A stretch of DNA of 63,348 bases, the filler included, from Octopus bimaculoides (taxonomy: Eukaryota): assembly GCF_001194135.2 (NCBI RefSeq). It is 6 parts of 5 records of this genome, joined end to end, with 100 filler letters (N's around TTAATTAATTAA, not from the genome) between each part and the next. Parts side by side here need not be neighbours in the genome. Positions count along the whole stretch, not along the records: positions 1 to 18,433 come from NC_068987.1; positions 18,534 to 33,881 come from NC_068981.1; 4 more parts are not named here. The stretch is one strand, 5' to 3'. The notes under the pieces were generated by a model. It made no database searches, had not been told where the DNA came from, and saw only the letters and a list, made by a program, of their open reading frames with translations. Below, piece after piece: positions 12,907-25,575 of the stretch. A program made the translations under genes and the position numbers. The first letter of the stretch is position 1, and each line of letters opens with the position of its first letter.

Positions 12907-14120
12907 ATATACATATATATATATATTATATATATATATACATATAAATATATATACATATTATATACATATATATATATATGTGTATGTATACATGTGT
13001 GTGTGTGTTTGTATCTATGTATGTATATGAATCTTATAGTAGGTCATATATAAATCCTGTAGTTATTAAATTATATATATATATGTATATCTCTCTATAT
13101 GCATGCATGCATACATATATACATATATACATACATGCATACATGCATACGTACATACATGCGTACATACATTCATACATCGATTCAAACTTATATATGT
13201 AATGTAGTGCGTCTTTGTGCAGCATAGCTAATTTTTTCCTAATGTTTTCTTTCTTCCTGAAAGGCAATTTTATATAAATTCAGACGAAACACATTTATTA
13301 ACAAATAATAATTTCTTTATTGACACATCATATGTCTTTAATTTTAAATATTTAAGGAAAACACAGTTTGTATCTGTATATAAGCTGAAAGGTTTTCTTC
13401 AGTTTATAAACTGTGCGCTTTCATGGCGTAGTTTACTAAGCTTTAACTTTTTTTCTATTTTATTCTATTCACAGACATTCAACATAAATGAGAGCCGCAG
13501 CTGTCCGTTTTTGATCGAGTGTCTGATAACGAATGAAAAATTTTCGTACAACATATCTTCTATCTTCCTCGTGACATTTTCTCTTATGTACTTGTCTGAG
13601 ACACATATCACTAAGAATGACCATACTGACAAGCTGAAAATATGGTATCATGTGTGGTCACAAGTTTCTACATTAAACAACTGTAGCTTTTGATAACAGA
13701 CAGTTGATGGTGCTGTTGTTAATTTTCACCGGGGTTAGCTTTGAACAAGCAATCCTATAATCAAATGCGTTCCAGATAAGATCACTCCATCTTCTTTCTT
13801 CGTATATTTTATATCTAAGATTATGCTATCCGTCACAAACGATAGTGCGGGTATTTTAGAGCAAATTGACAGCTATTTCTTGTATGTTGTGTAATCACGT
13901 AGAAGCTCTTCGTTAATCACATCTACAAATATGTTCTTATCTTGCTACGCTGATTTTAAATCTAATATTATGGAATCACTTTTGAATAGGATGACATCCA
14001 CAATACTATCTTGTCATACATATAGTAAGTGAAAGTGAATTTTAATGTCAAAGACGCATCAGTTAGAGAATCTAAATTACAACCCTCAATCACAAACACA
14101 AACACATACATGCGAGAAAT

Positions 14121-14640
14121 CTACACTTACTCTACCCAGATTACAAGTTCAGGTTTATGCCTGTAATCATTGGGACACTGGGATATGTAACACACTGCCT
14201 TAGTACCAATCTTAAGAATAGGCTTCTCAAAACCAGAGAAGAGAAAGCTGATTCGAAGGCTACAGATTCAAGCCATCACTGAAATTGTAAAAAAAATTGT
14301 AAAACTTTCCAAAAGGTTATCATTTAAGTATATACGCGCGTGTCTAGACATGCAACTATATACATGAAAACATATACATGAAACAAAACAGTGCAAATCT
14401 GCACCTGCACTGACTCCAAATACTACACGTATACACACATACATGAAAAATTACCCTGTTAAAGTTGTTGAAATTCCAAAGAAGGAAACTTGGATCTAGG
14501 TTACAAACCGGCTCTTTCTCTATTGGCAAGAAATCTTGAAATAAAACTGAATAATTACATACATACATACATACATACATACCTACATACATACATATAT
14601 ACATACATACATACATACATACATACATACATACATACAT
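14121..14640 (+). mobile_element. 3' end of a REL-endonuclease non-LTR retrotransposon (second family) with 3' UTR running into (TACA)n
   Basis: LLYPDYKFRFMPVIIGTLGYVTHCLSTNLK/GFSKPEKRKLIRRLQIQAIT resembles the P-I/V-I-I-G-A-L-G C-terminus of REL LINE ORFs; frameshifted. Confidence 0.65.
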
Positions 14641-15664
14641 ACTGGCATACATGCATATATGGAGGCTATCAAACTCGTAGATGAGTTTGACCATCACTAA
14701 CAAAATCTCTTATCCTCAGATGTTTAAGACAATGACTGTCGGCAATGCTCGTGCTAAAATTTAAAGTTGACAACAACTTGCACAACACATCATAGATAGA
14801 TTTTGTTGTGTCTGCAGAGAGTCATATTGCCTTAACGCTTTATAATCTAACAAAATTTGTTTCAATACATGAATTCACATAAAGAATCAGGTAAACCAGA
14901 TACAAAAGCGAAATACATCTAAGATTCTTATCTACAAAGCCAAGTGGTCCAGAAACAAGTACATACATACATATATACATATATACATACATACATACAT
15001 ACATACATGCATACATACATACAAGCATATGCACGCATATACGTACGTACATACCTGGATAAAATGCGCCTATATAAGATGTGAGAAATGATGTGTACAT
15101 GGAACTCTGTATTGCCGGCCAGTCCTTGTGGGAGGGTTGATATGGAGGTAATAACTTCCCTGTTGGTTATCTGAAAACATTATTAAAACAATATTTGTCG
15201 GGTCATACATCATTATTTGATACCTTACTTACTCTCCGCCTCAAATTAAACGATAGTAATATGAAGCATGTTCTCGTTGCTATCTTTCTGCTTGCCTCTT
15301 CCCTGCAGTATATATCTTCTGTTATCTTATATTACCCTTATTTTGATGTACTGACATTAAACATATTTTTCAAATACTTTCGGTCTACGCCTGGGTTGGG
15401 TTGTCAGCCAACCTAGTTTTACTGATGATTCGTCGATAGCCATTTATATGTCATATTTAATGTAGATACATCATTGACAGGCAATTTTCTGCAGTATTTG
15501 CTCAGGATAAGATCTTTTGTGGACATGCTGTGTTTAAAAACACTTTATACATCAGAGGCAACATATCTCGTCAGGCACGTGACTGGCTGAAAGTACACGT
15601 CATTGACACAGCTCAAATAGAGCGAAATGCATCTGGCGAATTTTGGTCTCCTTCCAATATATAA

Positions 15665-15720
15665 TGTTTTTAGACACCGGAGTCCATAAGATATGTTATG
15701 GACTACGGTGTCTAAAAACA
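15665..15720. other. 25-bp near-perfect hairpin with 6-nt loop (pre-miRNA-sized)
   Basis: tgtttttagacaccggagtccataa-gatatg-ttatggactacggtgtctaaaaaca; 24 of 25 positions pair. Confidence 0.85.
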
Positions 15721-16077
15721 AGATATGTTATCTGGGACAAATACTGCCGTAATTTACTTGTTAGCTATGTATATACATTAAGTATGAAATATAGAAGGCT
15801 GCTTTAATTTAGTACTGCTTCATTTGCGTGTACAAGATTTTGATTCATCTTTACTGCTTTACTTGTTTCTTTTCTATATTCTTACCTTGTTATTGGCTCT
15901 GGCCGCCCGAAGGAGAGAAGGTCCAGTAATACAAAGTCCTTATTTTCTATTGAAAGTTTCTTTATTTAGCAGTGAAAGCTCCGATCAGAATTATGTTGCT
16001 ATGTTGCTGTAGCGAACGAGGGGGACTTATTTATGCTGTGCTTGCTCTTACTGTAGTGCAGTTACTTCTGCTGCTAG

Positions 16078-16079
16078 AC

Positions 16080-16148
<69 letters not shown>

Positions 16149-16195
16149 CAGCAGCAGCAGCAGCAGTAGTAGTAATTGTTGTTATTGTTGTTGTC
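16078..16195. repeat. (TAG)n/(CAG)n/(GTT)n microsatellite
   Basis: Direct inspection. Confidence 0.95.
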
Positions 16196-19016
16196 CGTGC
16201 TACGTGTGTATGCTGAGGTGCCCGGATAAATGACATTCGCTCTGTTGCTACAACAGATAATTGTGGCGACAGTGATTGTGGTAGTCAAGCTGCTGACAGT
16301 GCTGCCGCTCCCTAGACTACTGATCTTGCTGCTGCTCTACAATTGCCATTGTTTAGGCTTCTATTCTCAGAGCACAACCACTAATAAGCTTGAAAACGGC
16401 GGGAGCGATCGTCTTCTCAGTTTCAGGAGCCAACAAGTGTTCTAATCGTGAAGCCTATACGCACTAGCATAGCTGCAGAAGATGGAGAGTGCGGTCCGCC
16501 TCGGGCGTCACTTTTATGGAGGTCGCACTACTTTGGGGTCTGCCGTAGGCAATGTGTATTTTTGTGGGGGCTCGGGGGCGCAAACTGAAGGGCCGCCCCG
16601 GGAGGCACACACTCAAGCTACGTTTGTGCCTCCACAATAGCCAAGGGAAAGCAGCAGCATCCCATCGCTTAGCTAGGCAAGACGATGATGAGGTGGAAGA
16701 AAAGAAACCGACATGACTCCAGGTGCGATATCGAAGACTGGTAGACCATTTGGTCCACAGGTCATATGATTTAGCCAAATTGCTGTCCTCTAATGTGTGA
16801 GAAAGAGGGTGTCTTCTTTATCCGTGTGCACTCACAAATATCTATTTATTCTTTATATTAGCATAAAGTTTAATACGTCTTTATACATATTGTATAACGT
16901 TTGATGCCACCATGCTATATCTTAGAAGGGCTTGCAAAACTTTTGCGTAGAGCAAAGAATCTTTCACGTTTATTTCACTGTGGTTGCTATTTTATGATAG
17001 TTCAGCAATTTATACATCAGCTGCTTGATCAACAAAATGTCCAGCTAATAGACGCGCTCATTCTCTCCCCGCCCCGTATCTACCTCCTTCTGTCTCCCTC
17101 TCTTTCCCCTTCCTCTCTCTCTCTCTTTCTTTCTCTCTCTCTCTCTCTTGTCTTCCTTCTCCATTTGTAACCTGACATGTCTGAAGGCACAAAGTATTAA
17201 GAAGTATATTTGCAATAACTGTAATACATCTGATCTATTATTTATGCTAATATATATGTCAGACAAATCTGAAACATTAAAATGAAAAATGACCCAAAAT
17301 TGTGTAGAAACAAAACAATATAAGCATATTTTAAATCACTTTTGAATTTGGAATGAGATTTTTCTCTGTCCATTAGTTTACATATTTTGTCTGCTATATT
17401 TTAGCAAAATATTATCGTTTTAATAAAAGTAAATATTGCTGACATCATACGAATTTATAAACTTTGAGAGAACGTGAAATAGTTCTTTACTGGAAAGGCG
17501 AATCTCGAAGCAGACGAAGCTATTACTAATAGTGTGTAAATATTGGATTAAAAAGTTGTTGATGTCATCTGAATATATAAACTTTGAGAGGGAAAACGAG
17601 TCTTAGATGTGTTGCGCGAGTTGTTATTAACTTTAAGTTTCAACACAAGCATTTCTTACAGTCATTGATTTTAACATCTTGGATGATATAATTTTTCAGT
17701 GATAGTCATACGCAGTTATACATGCTTGAGACATTTCTGGACTTCATGGAGTGCTCTCCGAGTGAGGAAGCAGAACCTATTGGCCTTAGTGTCGTTTGGG
17801 TCAAGACAAATATCCAGTCCTTCGTCGTCTTCTCAGAGAACTCCACCTCACCGCATTAGCAGTTGTGGATTCATTGGACAAGGGTGTTTGGTCTGCCAAT
17901 ATCTGCGCAGAAGCTCAAAGGTTGGGTCTTTTACATTTCTCGTCTTCCATATCCTGTTCTATAGATGTGAAACTTGAACACTATCCGGGGCTGTCAGGAG
18001 CCGCCTGAATAGCTTTGGTATCAGAACATTTCGCAGGATTATGGGTTACCATTGATTGGATTTCGTACCCAACCAACAACTCTATTCAGAAACTGGGGTG
18101 GGTCCTGTTACTTGTATGATTAGGGCCTACCAGCTCAGACAGTTTGACCAATTTTCCGAGTGAGACCCTGCTTCCGAATGAGAGCCAGATGGTCACGGCA
18201 GATGAGGAATTATCTCGCAGAGATGGGAACTGACTAGGACTCTGTTCGACGGGTCGCCCGGGAGGATAAGATATACTGACAAAAGACGAATGCAGTAACG
18301 CGCAGGAACAATGCATAGTCCCACACCTGATTTGACTTGTAATACACGTCTGAGTTAACAGTTACCATGTGTATATACATATGTGTGTATATATATATAT
18401 CAATTTCTACCCTCATTAATAAATTTATATATANNNNNNNNNNNNNNNNNNNNNNNNNNNNNNNNNNNNNNNNNNNNTTAATTAATTAANNNNNNNNNNN
18501 NNNNNNNNNNNNNNNNNNNNNNNNNNNNNNNNNATGAAAGCTTGTAAGGGTAGTATATTAATGAGTACGTAGTGTTTTTATTATGAACTTTTGAATGATG
18601 AAATATTGTAGTTCACTCATAATTATTATATTGTTCGTTAAATTAAATTCAACCGTGTTTCGCTTTGGAGAGAACCGAACTATTTTTTTTATTATAGTCG
18701 TAACTATGGAAGATTGGTGGTATTATTATTTGCATGGACTTAAAGATTAATCGCTATTTAGTATATAATTTAGTTATTGTACGTTTACTATTAATACCGA
18801 TACAGATGTACATAGGTTTAAATGTTTCTTGTTTAATATTAAAGTTCGTGTTTAATCATGCCTAAATTGTGTTTGAATGAATATGGTTATTAAGATTTCA
18901 CCTTTAGTATACCATGGAAGACCGTAGGGAATAAAATGCATGATTTAAGATTTTGGTCGCTTTTAGTTACATATTTAGGAGTTGGATATTGATTTACTTA
19001 TTCAATTTATTTACAG

Positions 19017-19037
19017 ATACTGTTTGTTATACATAAG
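19017..19037 (+). CDS. Candidate 21-nt microexon
   Basis: ttcaatttatttacag|ATACTGTTTGTTATACATAAG|gtaaat; frame-preserving length; two frames open. Confidence 0.2.
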
Positions 19038-19204
19038 GTAAATTTATTTTAAAGATGTGGTTTCTTAGGTATGTTTGTTCCCAAACAACACTTATTTTCG
19101 TGCTGTTGAGACCGCCGGATTGAATGGTACTGCCCAGGTGTCAAAACCATAAAGATATTCGTGGGGAAGTAGGTGAAGGAAGTATGTTGGATTGTCGGTA
19201 TGTC

Positions 19205-19237
<33 letters not shown>

Positions 19238-20765
19238 NNNNNNNNNNNNNNNNNNNNNNNNNNNNNNNNNNNNNNNNNNNNNNNNNNNNNNNNNNNNNNN
19301 NNNNNNNNNNNNNNNNNNNNNNNNNNNNNNNNNNNNNNNNNNNNNNNNNNNNNNNNNNNNNNNNNNNNNNNNNNNNNNNNNNNNNNNNNNNNNNNNNNNN
19401 NNNNNNNNNNNNNNNNNNNNNNNNNNNNNNNNNNNNNNNNNNNNNNNNNNNNNNNNNNNNNNNNNNNNNNNNNNNNNNNNNNNNNNNNNNNNNNNNNNNN
19501 NNNNNNNNNNNNNNNNNNNNNNNNNNNNNNNNNNNNNNNNNNNNNNNNNNNNNNNNNNNNNNNNNNNNNNNNNNNNNNNNNNNNNNNNNNNNNNNNNNNN
19601 NNNNNNNNNNATAGAGAGAGAAAGGGAGAATGACAGACAGGCAAATAAATAAATAGCTAGACTAATTTTCGTTTACGAATGGTGTATAAATTATATAGAG
19701 GATTGAAGATCACATTTGAGAAACTAAGTGTTGAAAGTACATCTTCAATCGTTATAGGAACTGTTTGATGTTTACATATGTAGAGCTTTATCTAAATAAT
19801 TGATGTGTCTCTAGGTAAAGTGCTGATTTTACATAAGAAGGGAACATGAAGCTTCTTGAAAATGGGGACCATTTGCAGATTGGTAGACATCTTCTGTCGG
19901 ATAGCTTCAGGAGTGCCTCAAGCCTCAGTTTCCTGTGTTGCATTCAACTACTTGATGAATGAAAAATGTATAAACAAATGATATAAAGTATACTGAATGC
20001 AAAAACAAACGGGAGACAACCAGAAATTCCATAATTCTTCATCAGTTATCGACCAATGTTACTCTTCAGTTTCGCGCCTATAATGAAAATATTGAGTGGT
20101 TGCCAATGGGTGGTTCACGAAAAAAAAATCCGCATGTAATATGCACATTTCCGAGTCAGAGATTCACTAGGAATCCGTGTTGTATAAATTCTCCGGCTTC
20201 ATGGACAGTACGCCGGTCCATCTTAGCATAACCAATTTGTGCCTTCTGAGTAAAATGCAGCAAGGAGGAAAGAAGGTGTTTTGCTCAAGTACTCAACGAA
20301 TCAACGCATCCCACGATACCGAGTGTAGAATTCACTATCCTTGGTGAATCATTGGTGCAACACGCTAAACACACATCTCCACACGCACGCANNNNNNNNN
20401 NNNNNNNNNNNNNNNNNNNNNNNNNNNNNNNNNNNNNNNNNNNNNNNNNNNNNNNNNNNNNNNNNNNNNNNNNNNNNNNNNNNNNNNNNNNNNNNNNNNN
20501 NNNNNNNNNNNNNNNNNNNNNNNNNNNNNNNNNNNNNNNNNNNNNNNNNNNNNNNNNNNNNNNNNNNNNNNNNNNNNNNNNNNNNNNNNNNNNNNNNNNN
20601 NNNNNNNNNNNNNNNNNNNNNNNNNNNNNNNNNNNNNNNNNNNNNNNNNNNNNNNNNNNNNNNNNNNNNNNNNNNNNNNNNNNNNNNNNNNNNNNNNNNN
20701 NNNNNNNNNNNNNNNNNNNNNNNNNNNNNNNNNNNNNNNNNNNNNNNNNNNNNNNNNNNNNNNNN

Positions 20766-20796
<31 letters not shown>

Positions 20797-21229
20797 CATG
20801 AAATAACTCTATTATGGTTTTTATTATAGTCTAAGTTGTACACTGAAATACATGAGCAGGCTTTTATCACTGTACATAGCTGATTGTAATCAATATCATC
20901 AACGATATTATCTTGGCCTATATTTTTACTTTATCTGGAATCATATCTCTGTACCTATCTTTAATAATACGAACTTTAAATGTTTTTATCATCAATAATA
21001 TTTATCCGTCATCATCATTATCTGCATTATCATTATATTTTACATCTTTTCTCCGATTAATTATATTTTCAAACATTACATTTATTAATATTGTTATTAT
21101 TCGCGGTAATATTATAATTCATACAACTATCAATATTATGATCTCATTAATATCATCATTAGAATTAAATTTATTACCGATGTTATTGCTGTTTCCATCT
21201 ACAATATTAATGCCATTATTCTAATTATC

Positions 21230-21320
21230 ATTGCTTTTGTTGTTATTGTTACTGTTGTTATTCTTGTCCTTGTTCGTTTTCTTTTTGTTCGTATTCTTCT
21301 TCTCATACTTGTTATTGTTG

Positions 21321-21393
<73 letters not shown>

Positions 21394-21530
21394 TTTTATT
21401 ATTATTATTATTATTATTATTATCACCATCATCATCATCATCTTTATCAATATCATCATAATCGATAATAATAAGTCTAATGATGGGGATGACAACGACG
21501 ACGACAACAACAACAACAACAACAATGATA
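21230..21530. repeat. (TTA)n-dominated trinucleotide array grading into (TCA)n and (ACA)n
   Basis: Direct inspection. Confidence 0.95.
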
Positions 21531-21534
21531 GACC

Positions 21535-21738
21535 TTTCTACTATAGGCACAGTGCCTGAAATTTGTGGGAAAGAGGATAATTGATTACATTGACGCCAGT
21601 GTTTCACTGGTACATATTTTATCGATCTCGAAAGAATGAAAAGCAAAGTTGACCTCGGTGGAATTTGAACTCAGAACGTCGCGACGGGCAACATACCGCT
21701 AAATACTTCGCGCGTGCTAACGATTCTGCCAGCTCACC
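21535..21738 (-). mobile_element. tRNA-derived SINE, group C, near full length
   Basis: Minus strand gagctggcagaatcgttagcacgcg...gttctgagttcaaattccaccgaggtcaactttgc...gcactgtgcctatagtagaaa; homologous to 39530, 47690 and 56270. Confidence 0.85.
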
Positions 21739-22129
21739 AAGAAATAGCCTTTTATATGCACGGCAGAACAGTTAGCAATGAAGACAAAATATGTGAAGTA
21801 CAGAACGTGAAGCACAACGGGAGAGCGACATATGTAGAATGAGTGAGAGGGTGAAACAATGTGGCACTTTGCTACTGAATACCCGAATTTGGCACAACGT
21901 ATGTAGAAAAAGATGATAGGACACTTTGGCAACAATGATCCATTTGAAGTTATGTAGTAATTATGCTAAAAAAATATTAAGGAAGTCTTATGACTAAATC
22001 CAAGAAGGAGATTACTGAGAATGAGGAAAGCAGTGATTCATTTAGACCATCAGCTTAGACATTGGAAATATAATATTCTTGTTGTGAATGGAAAAGAAAA
22101 ACCATGCTTCCTAATCCGTATAGAGTGTT

Positions 22130-22850
22130 TTAGAGACAACAGGACTGAAGAGATAGAAGGCCAAGTGATCAACTATGAATAATTGAAGTGGGAAATTCGC
22201 TGGTTGTAGGCAATGAAGCGGGTAGGCGTTATACCAATTGTGTATGGTGCAATTGGGAGTGTTATTATTCAGAAAGGAATACTCCTGCTCACCGTAGCTA
22301 TTTGTTATAACCTTGATCCCGTTCTCTGTAGGTCTACGCAAAGGTAACGTGCATTACGAACTGAGGAAAACTGGACCTCGTCTCAAACACTTTCCATACA
22401 TGGATGATTTAGAATTGTTTGCAAAAACAGAGAATTGAAACGTAGAGGCAGTTTGAGAATGTAATGATGTGTAAGGCTAAAGGAATGGAATTCGGGATCT
22501 CAAAGTGCGCGATGTTCACAGTGTGACAGGGTAAAGAGCAGACTGAAATGACATAAAATTGCAAAAGTAGAGAGCGAAAGGGAAACTTGGGATTTTGGAG
22601 ATGTCTGCTGTGCACTTCAAGCGTCTCAAATTTGAACATCTCAACAAGTAAGTTGTCGCTGTAGGTCACTATAGTGGATGCATTCTAAAATGGACACGAG
22701 CGGATATGGACAAACTCGATCGCACAACCCAAAAGACGATGCTAAGAAAAGGCGCCCTTAATGTTAAGGCCACCCTGCCCAAGATGTATATGAAGAGACG
22801 CAAGTCTGATAAGCTTACGGAAGTTTTCCGACACTGAAAGAAGAACCTTG
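22130..22850 (+). mobile_element. Decayed R4/Dong-type LINE: REL C-terminal piece followed by reverse transcriptase fragment
   Basis: LKWEIRWL*AMKRVGVIPIVYGAIGSV (about 22180-22262); HFPYMDDLELFAK with YMDD at 22397-22408; GMEFGISKCA; WTRADMDKLDRTTQKTMLRKGALNVKA. Stops and frameshifts present. Confidence 0.8.
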
Positions 22851-23329
22851 ATGCGCATACACCCACATACACAAATACACGCGCACGCACACAGAGGCAC
22901 ATCTCTCTCTCTCTCCCTCTCACTGTCTCTCTTTCTCTCTATCTCTCTTTATATATATATATATATTATGTGCTTGTTTTTCCCATAAAGTGAGGCATCA
23001 CTAATTGTACACAAACCTATGACTAGCTGCACTGAAGTAAATATTCTCACTCGTTGTGGTAAACGTGACAACCGTCTTCGTTCATCGCATACCAGTTATA
23101 TCATCTAATCTCCAAATCAAATTAAAGCCCTTATAGTTTCCTATCCCAATTTCTTTTGACATGAACATTAATAAATTTCAAGGCCAATCACCAAAATTTG
23201 CTTGATTGCAACTTGAAGAACAAACAGAAGTTTATATATGTAATCCATCTTTTTACTACTTGAATTAATAGATGTTTTTCTCCTCTATAATACACACATA
23301 CAGGACGAGTAAACCTAAATCTGACAGGA

Positions 23330-23730
23330 CATAGCATTTGTAATTTTTTGGACTATTACTTACTGTTGCCTTGCTTTCCATTCCTGTGATATGGCGTCGG
23401 AATTTCAGCACTAACACTAACATAACACAACATTTGTAATTTCAACTCACTATTACTTACTGATAATCTTAATAAAAAAAAAATGTCTACTTAAAAAGAC
23501 TGTCAAGAAACGAACACCAAACAAACGTAAGACGTGCAAGGCTTTTTCTTTATCTTCTATTATGCTATTGCATAATTTGTCTCAGCAAAAATCATCCAAT
23601 GGTACAGCACTAATTGTGCACTGACCCAGCATTAGTAATTTCATTTTACTATTACTTACTGATATTCCTAGTAAAAAAAAATGTCTTCTAAAAAAAACGA
23701 ACAACATACGAATACACACCGTACAATGCT
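23330..23730. repeat. Degenerate local tandem duplication (about 200-nt unit x2 plus a partial third)
   Basis: Core catt(t/a)gtaattt...actattacttactg at about 23335, 23431 and 23630; cagcactaa at 23406 and 23605. Confidence 0.7.
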
Positions 23731-23999
23731 TTTTGAGTATGAACACTGATGTTCCACTTCACCTGCAGTATTTTCAGTGCCAAAGCAGTCAACTGGATTC
23801 CGTAAAGCTATTATTGTATATGATATACCCATTTTCTAGCTTCCCGGCCCGAGAAACAGTAAAATAATTTCCCCGATCAACGACGGGTATTACTGCTAAT
23901 ATGATGATGACAATCGACTCTGCCGTCGATGAGGATACGAGGATTTCTTACCGAACAACCACAAAGATGATTTGTTTATAGTGATCAAATTTTTGTGTA

Positions 24000-24200
24000 G
24001 ACATAAGCCCACTCCCTCCATCAGATCGACGTTACCTCTACAGGTGCAACGGGTGCCACATGTCAGATATGTAATTGATTGCAGAGAAAAGTGAAATAAA
24101 GCGCTTTACTCAAAAGCACAATCCAACGCCCAGTCAGGGAATCGAACCCGCGATCTCGCAATCGTGAGTGCAACACCTTAACCACTAAGTCATACATCGC
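24000..24200 (-). mobile_element. tRNA-derived SINE, group A-like head
   Basis: Minus strand tgacttagtggttaaggtgttgcactcacgattgcgagatcgcgggttcgattccc, related to the 964 head. Confidence 0.75.
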
Positions 24201-24516
24201 NNNNNNNNNNNNNNNNNNNNNNNNNNNNNNNNNNNNNNNNNNNNNNNNNNNNNNNNNNNNNNNNNNNNNNNNNNNNNNNNNNNNNNNNNNNNNNNNNNNN
24301 NNNNNNNNNNNNNNNNNNNNNNNNNNNNNNNNNNNNNNNNNNNNNNNNNNNNNNNNNNNNNNNNNNNNNNNNNNNNNNNNNNNNNNNNNNNNNNNNNNNN
24401 NNNNNNNNNNNNNNNNNNNNNNNNNNNNNNNNNNNNNNNNNNNNNNNNNNNNNNNNNNNNNNNNNNNNNNNNNNNNNNNNNNNNNNNNNNNNNNNNNNNN
24501 NNNNNNNNNNNNNNNN

Positions 24517-24641
24517 AAAGCAAATTTGTGTAACATTTATCCTTTAAATGATACACAAATTTGCTTTCATTAAATTTGCTTTCATATATATTTGCAATTT
24601 TAATGAAAGCAAATTTGTGTATCATTTAAAGGATAAATGTT
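24517..24641. repeat. Nested inverted repeat: perfect 43-bp arms (24532-24574 / 24599-24641) overlapping a 23-bp hairpin (24517-24567)
   Basis: aacatttatcctttaaatgatacacaaatttgctttcattaaa is the exact reverse complement of 24599-24641. Confidence 0.9.
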
Positions 24642-25243
24642 GACAAAACTCGGGCGGAGGAGTGTTATCTATAGTCTCTCTTCCTTCTATGTATTAGCAG
24701 AAAGAAAAAGCAGAAAGAAAAAAAAAACGGGACATATTACACAAAGTCGCTATCGCTTTCTTATTCTTAAGCTTACTATATGATTTTTGCATGTCTCTTG
24801 AAAATTAGTGCCGGAATACGTAAATATTTTCTCAGTTGAATGTATTTCTCAGCATATGGGTAATATTGTTTTTTTTTTTGTTATTTTTTGACATTTTTCA
24901 TATTAATGGCGCAATCGACTTGGAATTTGACAGATGGTTAAGTTAAATTTGGGTGACCTTCTCTTTGCCAAACAGTAATAGCAAAAGCAAGTTAGCAGGA
25001 ATCAAACGTGAATAAAAACTTCTATTATTTTTTATAATACCTTGTGGTAAATGGCTTACTTATCTCCAATCGCGAATCTCTAAAATTGATTCTTGTAATA
25101 AATGTATCTGTGAATATAAAAAAATAAAGTGTTATTCTACAAATGTAAATATTACAGACAGAATCCATAAAACAGAAATATCTCAAAGTGGCCGGCCTAG
25201 TCACGTGCCCCTTCTCATATAGATTCATACATACAGCTATATA

Positions 25244-25287
<44 letters not shown>

Positions 25288-25575
25288 GAATACAGCTGCA
25301 ACTGTAGTCATATATATTTGCAATTGTAGCCAGAGATCTCTCTGATATTGTAGTCATCTACATTTTCTGCTTGAATAAATGTAATAAGTCGCTGTAGCTG
25401 ATGTGATTCTATAATAGACAAGTATTCGTGTATAAATATGTGTACATACATTCTCATATTCACAAACACACATGAGCGCACACTCACACATGCACTCACG
25501 CGTGCACATATGTACTTACATATATGTATATATATGACAATGCGCGTATCTATATTTAATAATTTATATACTGTA

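Noticed and set aside
15261-15416. MKHVLVAIFLLASSLQYISS signal-peptide-like short ORF
   Set aside because: Hydrophobicity is expected from T-rich sequence; no convincing donor and the frame ends after about 51 codons.
18478-18489. TTAATTAATTAA isolated inside N runs (also 33926-33937, 42201-42212, 58378-58389, 60936-60947)
   Set aside because: Identical 12-mer centred in ~100-nt gaps with stops in all six frames: an assembly gap linker, not biology.
24120-24200. tRNA-like sequences with A/B boxes (also 964, 4272, 58830)
   Set aside because: No complete acceptor stem and each continues into a shared SINE body; these are SINE heads, not tRNA genes.
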